64,000 nucleotides of DNA, from contig NC_045696.1 of the NCBI RefSeq assembly GCF_009834535.1, forward strand, positions 76,076,001 through 76,140,000, given 5' to 3'. This document shows, piece by piece, positions 12,893 to 25,005 of this stretch. Positions within the stretch are counted from its first letter, which is position 1. Each line of letters starts with the position of its first letter. Position numbers and translations under genes: made by a program. The stretch is from Camelus ferus (lineage: Eukaryota). A model generated the notes under the pieces. It searched no databases. It was not told the DNA's origin and worked only from the letters and a program-made list of their open reading frames with translations.

Positions 12893-14039
12893 CTGTCCTC
12901 ACAGTGCCAAGAAATGAGTGTTTAATTACTAGAGTTGGGGGGAGCCGGCAGGGGAAATGCAGAGGACGGGAGAGAAGAGCCTGGTCCAATTGGTTTAGAG
13001 GAGCCTTTGCTTACTGGTCCTAGAGATCTTAATTCAGTCAAGCTACCCAGCCAAGAAGTAATTTGACATACTAATCACTGTTAACAGCCCAGAAAATATT
13101 AGAGAGATAATGAGCAAATCTGTTAAAAGCCACATAAAAATTGTCCTCCTTTCTCTTCCAAACTTGTTAGTTGATTTGTTCCCTAGCCATGACTGAGTTA
13201 CACAGCTCTCCTTTAGTGTAACTTCCCCTTTATGGAGTGAATTCAGAATATTCAGGAGCAGATCTTCCTATCCTGAAGCTGACTGATCCCAGAATCAAAT
13301 TATCCTATGATCTTACTACCTTGGAATAGAATCCCAAGGACCTCCGAATGCTCAGCTAAGTCTGAGGAGTCACAGGAAGAACCAGCAGCTGCCCTGCTGT
13401 GGGATGAAGACACTGCTGCAGGATTTGACAAATTTTGGCTATTTACATTGCTTTTGTTGTTTTCAAGGCACTTCTCAGCAAATCCATCAATTGATCAGAT
13501 CTATTGATTCCTGTACAAACATTGATGTCAGCATTCCCATATCACATACAGTATTAAGTTAGGTTCATTTTCGGTACATAGTTTCAGTCCCAAGAAGCTT
13601 GAAACACTGCAAATTACCCTGTATAGCACTCTTAGGTGATTATTGTCATGTTTCATCTTGTACCAGGAAAACCCGATAGAGAGCCTAAAGTTTCAATCAG
13701 GATTATATAACAGAGTCTACCATGAAATCCTGACACTTTGGCAGACTTCTGACAAGATACATACTGATCACAAATTTAGGAGAAGAGTTTATTTAGAAAT
13801 TAACACAAAAGAACTGGTGATAATATCTCAGATGTGATAGAATTTGAAGTAAAACATTCCAAAATGGCATACATGTGGAGAATTAAACTCCTGGATACGG
13901 TCATTCTTGTGTTTCTATGTCATGAATATAAGGAACATGAAGTAGACTAGAAATCTCCCCCTCTCAAAAAACTTAATACATTTTTTAGGAGGCTATGAAC
14001 ATTACTTTCACAACAAGAGAGAGTTTTTCATAGTCAAGC

Positions 14040-14240
14040 AAATGAAGTTGTAAGCTTTAGCTTTGCCACTAATTGGCTGGGTAACCTCAGGCTAGTTGCC
14101 TAATTACTTTGGCCTTTGGTTTCCTTGCCTTTACAAGGATAATAATAGTTACCTCTAAGGCAGTTGGAAGGATTAAGCAGGATTATGTCTACAAGGCATT
14201 TAGGGCAGGGCCCAGTAGCACCAAATATGCATTTAATAAG
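14040..14240 (+). mobile_element. MIR SINE
   Basis: ctttgccactaattggctgggtaacctcaggctagttgcctaa...ggataataatagttacctc...gaaggattaagcagg. Confidence 0.7.
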
Positions 14241-15991
14241 CAAGCTGCCCTCTTGCAACACTAGGAGCCAAGGAAAGACTGAATAGGAGAAGCAATAAGA
14301 GACCACAGAGAAGGGCATGGAGACTGACAGGACATTGGTGGGCTACCCAGTCCTCAAAACCAAATCAACGGTCAACAAAAAATAGAGATTTGTTTTTCAA
14401 GGCTGTCCCTTTTGAGGTACTAAGGAAAGGAGCAAATTTGCTTATCAGTAAGAGATGAAGGTGGCAGCAGGGAATACAGCAGCCTGAATTTAAGACAGAA
14501 AAGGCTAAACAATTGACAGAAACTTAAAAATTAAAGTAAAAACAAGGTCCTACTTCTTTGGCAATAATAAAATTTAGGTAAATCACTTTAGAAAGAAAGA
14601 CAAGTACTACGCCAGCCAACAAAGCCATCAATATGTGTTCTCAGAAGGACAAACACTGCAGGAAATGCTTACAGTGAATGAAAACACATCCAATTCACAA
14701 CAAAAGAAATGTGGGCTCAAAGCCAGCGACTATTCTCGGACGGAATTTTTTTATGACACTAAATTTAACCAACTGGAATTCTTTTTTAAAATAGCATTCT
14801 ATTCAGTATTTTCAAATAAAGAATTTGCATTTAATGGGAAATGTGCACTTTATCACAGGGACATGACTCCTGGTCCCTGACTTAGTTATTCTTGAAGAAG
14901 CAAGACCCACACTGTGGTGAATATTTCTCAGGTATGAATGACTGGGGCATGTACAGGTTGAAAAGTAGGAAATATTTCTTCTCTCAACAGGTGATATCCC
15001 ACGGTGAAGCTTCTCTGAAGGGAGGCCATCCAATCTTGTCTATGAGCATGAAACACTTCAAGAGAAAAGGCATAGCTGTAGAATAAGTGAGTGGCATAAT
15101 TAACACTACTGTTAAGGAAGGACCGAGTTATCAAGGGATAACAGAGTCAGCAGCAAGTGTAAGCAATGAAATCAGATGTCATGGGCTTTTTCTCAAATTC
15201 TTGCTTACTTTAGGAAACTATGATGGGCTAATCAAAGAGCACCATGATCCTCTAATAGTCACAGAGAGTAAAGGGGGTAGTGTAGGACAAAAGGACCCAA
15301 ATAATTCATTTCTAACACAAGTGCTAACTCGGTTGCTAAGAGTATCAGCAGGTTAATTAAGAAATCTGTTAATGGTGAGGCTGGCATATTTTCATTTCCA
15401 GAAGATAATGCTTGTTAGCACATGAGCACAACTACTGGTTGTTGAGTGGTGGCGAGCCTTTGAGGAAGGCAGTATGCAAGGATGTTTTCTTAGCTCCCAG
15501 AGAGACAGGTCTCCCCTTGCTCGCCCTACCCATAATATTCTTATGCTAACGAAAGAGTAACCCTGTCACTACTTGCATCTATTGTCTGTGAAGAGACCAG
15601 ATGGAAAACTCAGATCCCCACACTTAATGGATATTAACTCATTCTACTCCTTTTCCTTTATGGCACTAAAAGAAAGGTACTGCCTGTAAAATATTCATAA
15701 ACTATATGTTATATCATTGTGGAAGCTTTTTTGCAAGAAAAAGTCGAAACTTGAACAATGAAGAATTTACTGATTTTGTCAAATGTAAGACACCAGTTGT
15801 AACACCCTTATTTTACAAACCACTAAGAAAGAAAAAAGGAAAAAAGGAAAAAAAACACTGTCAATTAGTGTTGACAAAATCCTCTCTAACTAAAATCTTT
15901 ATTTTATATCTATTGAAAGAGAATTGGAAAACTTAACTTAGACATATATTTTATCATATGCCACATATACACAATATATTATACAGCAGAG

Positions 15992-15994
<3 letters not shown>

Positions 15995-16022
<28 letters not shown>
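15995..16022. repeat. (TA)14 microsatellite
   Basis: Directly visible. Confidence 0.95.
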
Positions 16023-16026
<4 letters not shown>

Positions 16027-16529
16027 CACACAACCATAAATCAAATATATAATTGACATTCTTAAAACATTTTCACACTCAGAGTTTGAATTTTCTGAAT
16101 CACTTTTAAAATTCAGAGCCATCAATACTCATATTTTTTCTACCCAATATTACCCTCTGTGATCAAAAGTGCTGGTTATGCAGCATTTTTAAAAAGATTG
16201 CTCCACTACTGCCTCTTGAATTGTCTTCCAAGCACTGATACTCGTTATCAAAGTTTTGATGATGGTGCTTTCATTAACTTCCCAGAAGGTGTCAATGGAA
16301 GGTGTTTAGACAGAAAACAAGATCCCTAACTCGACTGTCCTTCAACAGTTTGTCGACTGAACTGTCAAGGGGCTGCAGGTTTCAGTCATATCACTGGGAA
16401 TAATGATCAAATTGTCACATGCACAGGAGATGACAACTCTGTCAGGACCACCCCTGGCCAGCAGTGATTGTAAGATATTATCATGGCGAAATGCATTCTG
16501 ATTTCAGAGATGCTAGGCTATGAAAGGAA

Positions 16530-16815
16530 AGTGCAACTTAGAATCAACAAAATGCATTATCTTACTTAACAAGAGGTCTGAGGGTACAATACGGCTGCAG
16601 GGTAGTTAATCTGGTGGCTCAGCGATGCTATCAGGGACTCAGGTTCTTTTCACCTTTCTACTCATCCATCCTCAGCATACCTTTCACTCAATTTGCTGCC
16701 TTCATGGACCCAGATGATGTTAGAGTTTCAGGAGTCATGCAAACCTTATGTTCATTGGAGGAAGAAGGGGTGTTTTTGCTCCTAAATGTCTCTTTTTATC
16801 ACTAAGCAAAACAAT
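16530..16815 (-). mobile_element. Old MaLR LTR fragment (MLT1J/L-like)
   Basis: aacaagaggtctgagggt..ggtggctcagcgatgctatcagggactcaggttcttttcacctttctactc..ccatcctcagcat. Confidence 0.55.
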
Positions 16816-17914
16816 CACTTTGGCAAATATTCCAGTCACACAGGAAGAAGGAAATGAATGAAAATCATTGTTCAGCTCTATCCCATTGTTATTTTGCAAA
16901 TCAGGGCCTAATGTTAACAGATCTTCAGTTTGTCAAAAGGTATAAGAAAGCTGGATTTTTCTGTGGAATACTCTGGTTTTGAAAACATATCTCCAACCCA
17001 TCAGTTTCTAGACCATACCACTTTGCCCGCAAACAGCATGGAAGCTAGCAGAGCTTCAGTCCATGGTGTTCTACAGAAACCTAGGTTTGGGGGAAAACCT
17101 GACCTAAAACACATGCTGCAGTTCTGGAAAGGTAGCCTGCCTCTAGTTAATACATCTGAAGGAATATGTACCATCAGAGAGATGACACAAATGAGACTTC
17201 ATTTGTGGCCTCCACCCAGGAGAAACAGGTCTGCTGGAGCCATGCCTTTACCAAAAGGCAGACTGCCCTGAGAGGTGGTCACCTAATGAAAGTCTCTTGA
17301 GGCTTCACTTAGAAGTTCTAACTTGGCAAGGAGTCTCTGGTGGCACCAGAAGAAACACTAGGTGCTGTTCCAGCAGATGATTCAGACCCCAAGCCTTACT
17401 GTACCACCTCAGAGACCACTCTCCCACCCACTCCCTCCAATCCACGGCATCCAGGCCAGCCTTTCCCTGGACCACACTCCTTGCCAGTACTCAGGATTAG
17501 CCCCCATCTTCCTCTACTTGTCACTTCCCGGCTCCAGTCCTTTTCTCTTGGACTTTCACTTGCTTCTAAATTATTTGGGCCAAAAGTTGCAAACTCAACT
17601 CCCATTTGCTTTAACCATTCCATAGTTCTGATTTTTCCTATAGCATCTCAGGTTAGATATCTGTCCGTTCCTTCCAGATCTTATTCACCCACAGCCGCAT
17701 AATCTCTACCACTTTTAGAAAAACTTGACAAACTTCATATGCTACAATGAGCAGCTATGGGTTTATGACCTAAACAGCCAGGGCTCTCAGAAGTGCCGTG
17801 GCAGAAAGAAAAATACCCTTTCTCAAGCATAATATCCTCTTTTCCTTCCCTCCTCCTCCCAATCTTCCCTAACTTTATTTCTTCCTCCTTCATTTCCTTC
17901 CTCTGAGGAATTTT

Positions 17915-18070
17915 TATATTTTAAAGTATATAAGAAATGTAGGCTTATTCTAAAAAAAAAAAAATAAGAGTGAAAACCTAAATCACTCATGTTTCCACCA
18001 CCATAAAAACACGACTCTGAACATGTTAGTGTACTCCCTCCTAGCTTTTTTTTTCCTATTTCCAGTTTTA
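17915..18070 (-). mobile_element. Old LINE-1 3' fragment (L1ME-like)
   Basis: aaatcactcatgtttccaccaccataaaaacacgactctgaacatgttagtgtactccctcctag. Confidence 0.45.
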
Positions 18071-18831
18071 TTGATTGATTTTTTTTAAAGTTTTGGTGAC
18101 TCTGTTTATTTTTGTAAGTTTAAAATCATCAAGTAGTTTTCTTACATACATACCTATGAAAATTCAGCTGCAAAAATTATACTGTTAATAATTAGATACA
18201 GCATTCAATTAAAGCAAGAATATGTATTCTGCCCTTCCAGACTGGAATAAAGGCAGAAACACTTTTATCCATTTTTACACCCTCCCAGTTCTTTTAACAC
18301 AGTAGGCACTCAATAGAAATTTACTGAAAGAGTATATATTCCAAAATATAAAAACACTGATACAATTAAGCAAATTCCTTTCTCACTAATTTTGAACACT
18401 ATGTGGTGTTGCTTAACCTAAATCAGATCTCTTATCTGCTCAGGTTTGAGTAGAAGACTTCATTTCACCCTAAAAGTATTTTATTTTTGCTGTAAATTAG
18501 AATACCATCTGGGGACATTGCCCAAGCTCCAGGGTTCCAGCCCCTTCACAACTGTCAAAGCAGAACCTGGCATATAGTACGTGCTTAAAACAGGTCTGTG
18601 CAGCTGTCTTGCTACAGACTGTTACTTCACTAGGCAAGAATATCTTGATTTTGAAGTGTCTTTAGGAATCTGTGCTCTTGTTACTTAATTACTCTGGCAT
18701 ACCCTAACTCTCAGTGTGAAGAAAGTGACTTTTGAATCCATGTTTCCATTGACTGAAAAGATACATAAAACTTGCAGCATTTTCTAAAACAGAATTAATT
18801 TCCAAAGCAAGATGAAAGAGTTTAGCATCTC

Positions 18832-18862
18832 AAAAAAAAAAAAAAAAAAGACACCCTCCCAA

Positions 18863-18893
<31 letters not shown>

Positions 18894-18902
18894 TCACTCA
18901 CT
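18832..18902. repeat. A18 run followed by (CA)n-(CACT)n microsatellite
   Basis: Directly visible. Confidence 0.95.
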
Positions 18903-19839
18903 CCTTACAGGAGGTACTGTCACATCCTGAGTGTTTACATTCCATTTCTCATGTTGAAATAGCCACTAAAAATAAATTGTTTCAAATAATGCTCAGTGTT
19001 GCAAAACCAAGTTTTCTAGAACTCATTTTTTAAAGTTCATCTAAATGGAAATTAATTCTAATTTTAAAAGAAATTTAAATTATTTTACCCCAGCATCCTT
19101 GTTTGGATTTTCTTAAGAGTTCTCAGTTTCAGAACTACGTACCATTACAGCTTTTTCCCAAAGATCTTTCATTTTTACATATAGCTAAATCCCCTCACAT
19201 AGAAGATAGTGATCAGTAATCAAGAGATTCCTAGACTGCCAGGGCAATGTTCCTCCCCCTTCCCTGTTCTCATCTTCATGAAAACTGCTTGCTTGCTAGT
19301 TTGTTTAGCTACTGGCTACTCTCTCCATTAAAATGTACAGGCAGACAAAAACAAATTTGCTACATCTGACAAAGCAGCAACATGCATTTATTTGATCTAC
19401 TAATTCCAAAGCTAATATTTGAGGGTAGTGACTTTTTAAAAATCTTCAGTGTGCCAAGTAGCCAGCCCAGTGCCTGCAATCCTTTCTGAGTCATAAAGGG
19501 CAGCCTTGGTTTGCAGCTACTGTCGCAATTTCATGGAACCATAGAATTTTAGAGCTGGAAGGGACCTTAGATTATTTGTGACTTGACCTCCTAGCCACTT
19601 TAAAACCATTGCTTGAGAAACATTGTGCTCTGTAACTTTTCTGCTGCTAAACCCTTATACTCGTTAAAAGAAATAATACATCTGTTCTCAATGCTTTTAT
19701 GGGGCTGCTTGTTAAAGGGTTGTTTGGTGGAGTCCTTCCACGCTCATGAAGTTTGGGTGAATTTTTGAGCCTTTTGAAAAACACTGTAAAGAAATCATTT
19801 TCCGCAAGTGAGGACACTTGGAGGAAAGAAAGAGGGAAA

Positions 19840-20075
19840 GGAAACCAACTTTTGTTGCAAGCCCAATGGGTGCCAGGTGACCCACTTAGATTATCTCTTT
19901 TGGTACTTCCCTTCAAAGATAGCTATTGTCCCCATTTTACAGATGAAGAAACTGACATCCAAGGAGTTTAAAAGTAACTTGCTCAATGTCTCAGTTAGTG
20001 AGCAACAAAGGTGGGATTTAAACCCATGTCTATCAGGCTCCATATAGGGCCAATGTTCTGTTTATTATACCAAAC
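19840..20075 (-). mobile_element. MIR SINE
   Basis: tattgtccccattttacagatgaagaaactgac..aaagtaacttgctcaatgtc...gggatttaaaccca. Confidence 0.8.
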
Positions 20076-22374
20076 TGTTTCCCTTGAGTTTTATTCAAAT
20101 ATCTAAACAGAAAAATACTCATGAGCCTCCATGTGGCTACATAGTCATGGTAGATGCTTCCCTTCAGGTGAATCTTCAAAGCAACTTGTTCAAAAATCTC
20201 TAGGAAAGGGGCTCATATTTTCTTCTATCTAGCTGTGTGATAATTATAATTGAATGTGCTTTGTACAACGGCTCCTTTCTATCAGATAGCAGCGTTATCC
20301 CTTTAGAAGCTGTCTAGTATCTTGCTGTTGAAGACTCTACTTGCAAACTGTAAGAGTATAAGGAACAAACTGACCGAGGGTAGATGCTGAGTTGACAAAG
20401 AGATTTCCCGTAACAGGTACACAGGTGGGTGGCTGGAGGGCTTTGAGGGCTTTGGGGCCACCCAAAGCACAGAAGCAGGTTTTTGCTTGAGGTTCAAGAT
20501 GACTCTGAAATCAGCACTATCAGTACAGTCTAGCCATTCCTCAGCTCCAATTCACATAGAGGACAAAAAAAAAAAAAAAAAAAAAAGTGACATTGCCATC
20601 TCTATTCCCTGGAATTCTCCCTTTCTAGACCCAGAATCCAAAAAACACACTATATCTTTGCATTCTTTTATTGTACCCTGCAAGACTGATAATTATTTGC
20701 AATTCTGTTTGGATTAGATTCTACCTGATTTCTTTTTGACCCACTTCTCCCTCAAATTGACACAACCAAGCTCTCAAGACTGGGTGCAGAAGGCTGCTTG
20801 GGAAATGTAAAGAAGAAATCAACCCAGATGTTAAAAATAACATAGCTGGTCTCCAAGGTGATACTGAAAATCAAAAGTTAGTAGTAAAGTTGATGTCAGT
20901 GAATATGGATCCTGTCCCAATATTCTTTGTCAGATAGGCACTTCATCTCAGTATTTCTTTAAGCATCCTGCTCTGCTGAGACAGTCATAACTCATGGCTC
21001 TTAACAGTATAGTTCTAGCAGCGAGGGCTCTGCAATACTCACAACTGATTGTGCTCGATCAATAAAAAATGATTGTAGCTACCAAGAAAGGAGCTTCTTG
21101 CTTAATTATCTTTTTACTCATGGGCACCTCCCTTCTCTGCCCTGTTCAATCACTCAACTCTCCCCAGGGTGCCTCCTCCTGGGCTAAGCACCTATGCGAC
21201 CACGCCAAACCCTCATCTACTTCTTTCTTGCCATCTCGGGCCCCCTTCTTTTTGTCCATGTGGCAATTTAGTTCTGCTTATCTCCTAGGAAGATGAATCT
21301 CTGCCCTTCTCATCCAGTAAGAGGGTGTAGTAAACACATGATTTCTACTTGGATTCAGTGCTCACTATCTTTTCAAGGGTTGACCCCTCTTTTACTTAGA
21401 TAGGTAACTTAGTTTCTTTCCTTAGGATTACTTACTTTACTTTCACCCTTTTAACTTTTCTCAATACATCTAATCCAAGTCAGATCATGTTATTAAAGAA
21501 TCTGGGATGTGGAGCAGATAAACAGCAATTTATTTTTCTCACTCTTTTTAAGTGCGTCTTGTTGATGGTTTTCACTCAGTGACCCAAATAATGAGTGTTC
21601 CTGTCATGTGGTGTTTGCAACAAGCAGAGAAGGTTCTTACTCAGGTAAACAATGGAGCTCACATAGAAGCAGTCACGGTCTTAATTAGGGAAAGTCAGCT
21701 TATGTTTTTATTTGACTTCAGATGATGAAGTAGAGAAATTCAAGTAAAACTATAAAGGATGCCAGATAAGAAAAACCACTAATTAGGGAAAGGGAGAGAA
21801 TTCCTTTCTAAATATGCTCATTAAACCATTTTGACTCTGAAACGGAAACAGAACACTAAAATATGGAAATATTCACATTTGTGGTTTTATTAGGGCATAT
21901 TCAGATTTTTCAAACACTAGGCTATTTTTTGAAAGTTCTTGACTCAGCAAAATAGGAATGCATTTGACCAACCACTTTTTCCTCCTCTAATTTAAACCCA
22001 TTTGTATTCCAAGAGAAATTTAATCTGTACATTTATGATTCATTTGTGCTTAACTTGTCAAAATGTTAAGAGCTGTTTGAAATAAAAGAAGCCTCTGGTT
22101 TCTGATGCTTATATAATTTTTATCCTTAGAATCAGAAAGCTGTGCCTTTGCAGAGAATCAACAATCTGATACCCTATAGGCAAATGCATCAGATATGAGA
22201 AATTGCTGGGCTCAAGTAGATCACAGATATATTGCTGTTCCTTTGAATTTTAATATACAAGTATACATATATAAGTAATACAAATAAGCCTGAAGCTTAA
22301 CTTTCTTTAAGCAAATCATATAATTTAAATGGTGATTTATTTTTAATTAAGTTTATAATTAGCCCTTTCCTTGA

Positions 22375-22433
22375 AGGGCCACTATGCAAGGTTGTTCAAG
22401 TTGTATACTGCACAATTCCAGGAAGCACAATTC
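22375..22433. mobile_element. hAT-Tip100 fragment (MER91-like)
   Basis: agggccactatgcaaggttgttcaagttgtatactgcacaattccaggaagcacaattc resembles the MER91 terminus as recalled. Confidence 0.45.
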
Positions 22434-22664
22434 TGGTAAGCACCATTCTCAAAAACAGGCCGACCTTCATAGTGAGTCTGTTTCCCTCTCCTCTTAATCT
22501 TAATTTTCTTTTCTCAACTCAAAATTCAGGCAAGAGCATCTTCTAGGAATATCCCAAGCTGCAGTATCTTTATTGACTAGACCAAAAATTCTATCTTGAC
22601 TTGCCAAACATGCAAGGACTTATAAGGACTTGAAGCATATTAACCGAAGATAGTTAGTACCTGG

Positions 22665-22830
22665 TGAACTTATAATCAGGCTTTGGGTTTAACTCCATAT
22701 TCAGTTAATTATGTCTAGATACATGTCTTTGGCAAAGTTCCTTTACATCTCAGAAACTTTGTGTCTTCAGATGAGAAAATGGGATAACTCTACCTCAGAG
22801 AATGTCAGTTGGGTGGAACTAACCAATATA
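22665..22830 (+). mobile_element. MIR SINE
   Basis: tgtctttggcaaagttcctttacatctcagaaactttgtgtcttcagatgagaaaatgggataa. Confidence 0.65.
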
Positions 22831-23379
22831 TCATGGTAGGGCCACCTTGAAAGCTTAGTCTGAATGGCCCACAGAGTAAGTCAACCAGGATGGGGTGGCG
22901 GTGGGGGAGGTCTATGTTTGGAACTATCAGGCAGAAGGGGAGAGTAGCTTGGAGGTTTTTTGCAGATGGGCAATTGGTACAATAAAACTGGACTGGTAAA
23001 CAGTGGACTAGACACTGGGGGAGGTCAGAAGAAAGAAATCAAGAATAGCGTCAGGTACCCATGTGGGAAACAGAAGCTGTGAATGTTTAGGGTATGAAGG
23101 GCCCTCCTTTCACATGAGGACTAGTTCACCTCATTTGGTGATGTCTGACTCTTAAAACGTCTGAATCCAGTAAGAGCTAATGGATATGGTGCATTTAATG
23201 TTCTCAGCACAGTACCTGAACCTAATAAGAGAGGCTGGTCCCCTTTAGCCCTCTCTAGTGCATGGACCCACCTCACCATGGCAAGAAAGCATTACAAAGG
23301 GCCTAACTCATAAACTCCCACTTGCCAAACAAGGTGGACTTTGGTTGGGTTTTTTTGCTCTTCCCTCCATTGTTTCATT

Positions 23380-23790
23380 TTGGAATCTGCCTTTTTCCTC
23401 ACTTCATGTGACTCTAGAGGGGCTCACAATCACAGGGTCCTGCACCACCAACCACAGGGAAGACACATGATCCAAACTGATCAGTCTAACAGCAGACACA
23501 ATGCAAACAGAGGCAACAGAAGTACTTTTTCAGGAATTATGAGGATGCTAAAAGAAAAAGGGCCTCTCTGCCTCTGAGATTGCAAGCTGCAAAGCCCACC
23601 CAAACCAGAAGTTGCTGGGGTCCAAGACAAAGGAAAACAGAGTCAACAGATCTAAAAAGAGACAGATATCACCTGGATCCCACTGTGCTTAAAGCCCTAG
23701 ACTTTTCAGTTACATAGACAATTAATTCTCTTCTTTTGTTGAAATTAATTTGAATTGGATTTCTATCCATTACAACCAACAGACTTGACA
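23380..23790 (+). mobile_element. Old MaLR LTR (MLT1J/K-like)
   Basis: 3' part cctggatcccactgtgcttaaagccctagacttttcagttacatagacaattaattctc..ttgaattggatttctatccattacaaccaac. Confidence 0.6.
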
Positions 23791-24509
23791 ACTTTGTGGG
23801 GATTAACTTCGGGAATTAAACTTTGCCATAGAATATATAGAAAATTATATCATTCCCCACTTTTCACTATAGATTTTAATCTAAACTATTTTCTAATTAG
23901 AATAATTAAAATTAAATTGGACTTCTGTGCTTAAACCAATGGATCAGTTATTATTAGGATTTTTTCAGATGTCCCCAGTATAATAATCTTTCTCTCCTGG
24001 TGGAAAGACAAGGGCACTGGCAGAACAATGAGCACTCTCCCCGTTAGTGAGAATGCCAGGGGCCAATGTGGGAACAGCACTGACTCTTCCCAGAGTCTCC
24101 TAAGACAATCAAGGGCGCATGCAGGGTTGAGAACCAATCTTGTGACAGAACAGCAGGATGTCCCAAAGTCAATGAGCTAAGTAAGAGTCTAAATGACATG
24201 TCTTTACAAAAAGGAAGCAGAGGATATAGGATATTGAGAGCCTGGGCATGGAGTCAGGAAATTGGGACTGCAACAGTCAGGGAGTTGGGGAGGGGGTGCC
24301 CAGCAGATTCTGTAGGAAGAGCAGGAGGGGAGGCCTGGAATAAAGCCACATCACTGCTGGATCTATATGCTCTCCAGGGAACTGAATGGATTAAGGACAG
24401 TGGAGTTGAAAGAGCAAGAGTAGATGTCGACAGGCTAAAGCATATCATTAACTAGGGTGCAGTCACAGTCTAACCACACAGATAGAACAAGTGGTCACAG
24501 GAGGTGAAC

Positions 24510-24830
24510 ATTCGTCCATTTACTAATGTATTTCTTAACACATGATTTCTATTGTAACCAATCATAGATTGAGCATTTGGCATTTACATACAGTAGCGAA
24601 GGAGATGAAGAAAAACACAAGAAGTGGTCTTCGCCCTCCAAGAGCCACAGCCTAATTAGGACTATCTTGACATGTCTACAGATAACTAGCACATAGAGCA
24701 GTGTGTGATGGTTAAATGTCACCCCGAACGTTTGGACAGCAAAGGTTGTGAGATTTCTAGAGAGGCAGACATTATTCTCCGGGGATCAGAAGAGGCTTCT
24801 TAGAAGTGAGGGGATAAAGCTGGGCAGGTA
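24510..24830 (-). mobile_element. L2 fragment
   Basis: cattcgtccatttactaa...gattgagcatttggc...gccctccaagagccacagcctaa...ggggatcagaagaggcttct. Confidence 0.5.
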
Positions 24831-24854
24831 GTCACTCTGATGAAGGGAGCCACA

Positions 24855-25005
24855 TGGGTGTGGAAAGCAGATTGGGCTCTACCACTCATAGTTATGAGGC
24901 TTTGGGTGAGGTCTTAGCTACTCTGAGTCCCATTTTCCCTCCTTTATAAACAGAAAATAATATTTCAAATACCCAGGGTTAGAGTCAAGATGCAATAAGA
25001 TAAGT
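24855..25005 (+). mobile_element. MIR SINE
   Basis: ggctctaccactcatagttatgaggctttgggtgaggtcttagctactctgagtcccattttccctcctttataaacag. Confidence 0.7.

Noticed and set aside
13290..13495. Ser/Ala-rich minus-strand frame (DGFAEKCLENNKSNVNSQNLSNPAAVSSS...) as a coding exon
   Set aside because: Stops lie between the nearest acceptor and the open stretch in all three frames.
20374..20504. Minus-strand exon candidate (gatttcag...CTCG|gtcagt) with two open frames
   Set aside because: Poor pyrimidine tract, no recognisable peptide and no linked exons.
20565..20586. A22 run (also A18 at 18832 and T14 at 34787) as retroposon tails
   Set aside because: No flanking TSD or recognisable element body.
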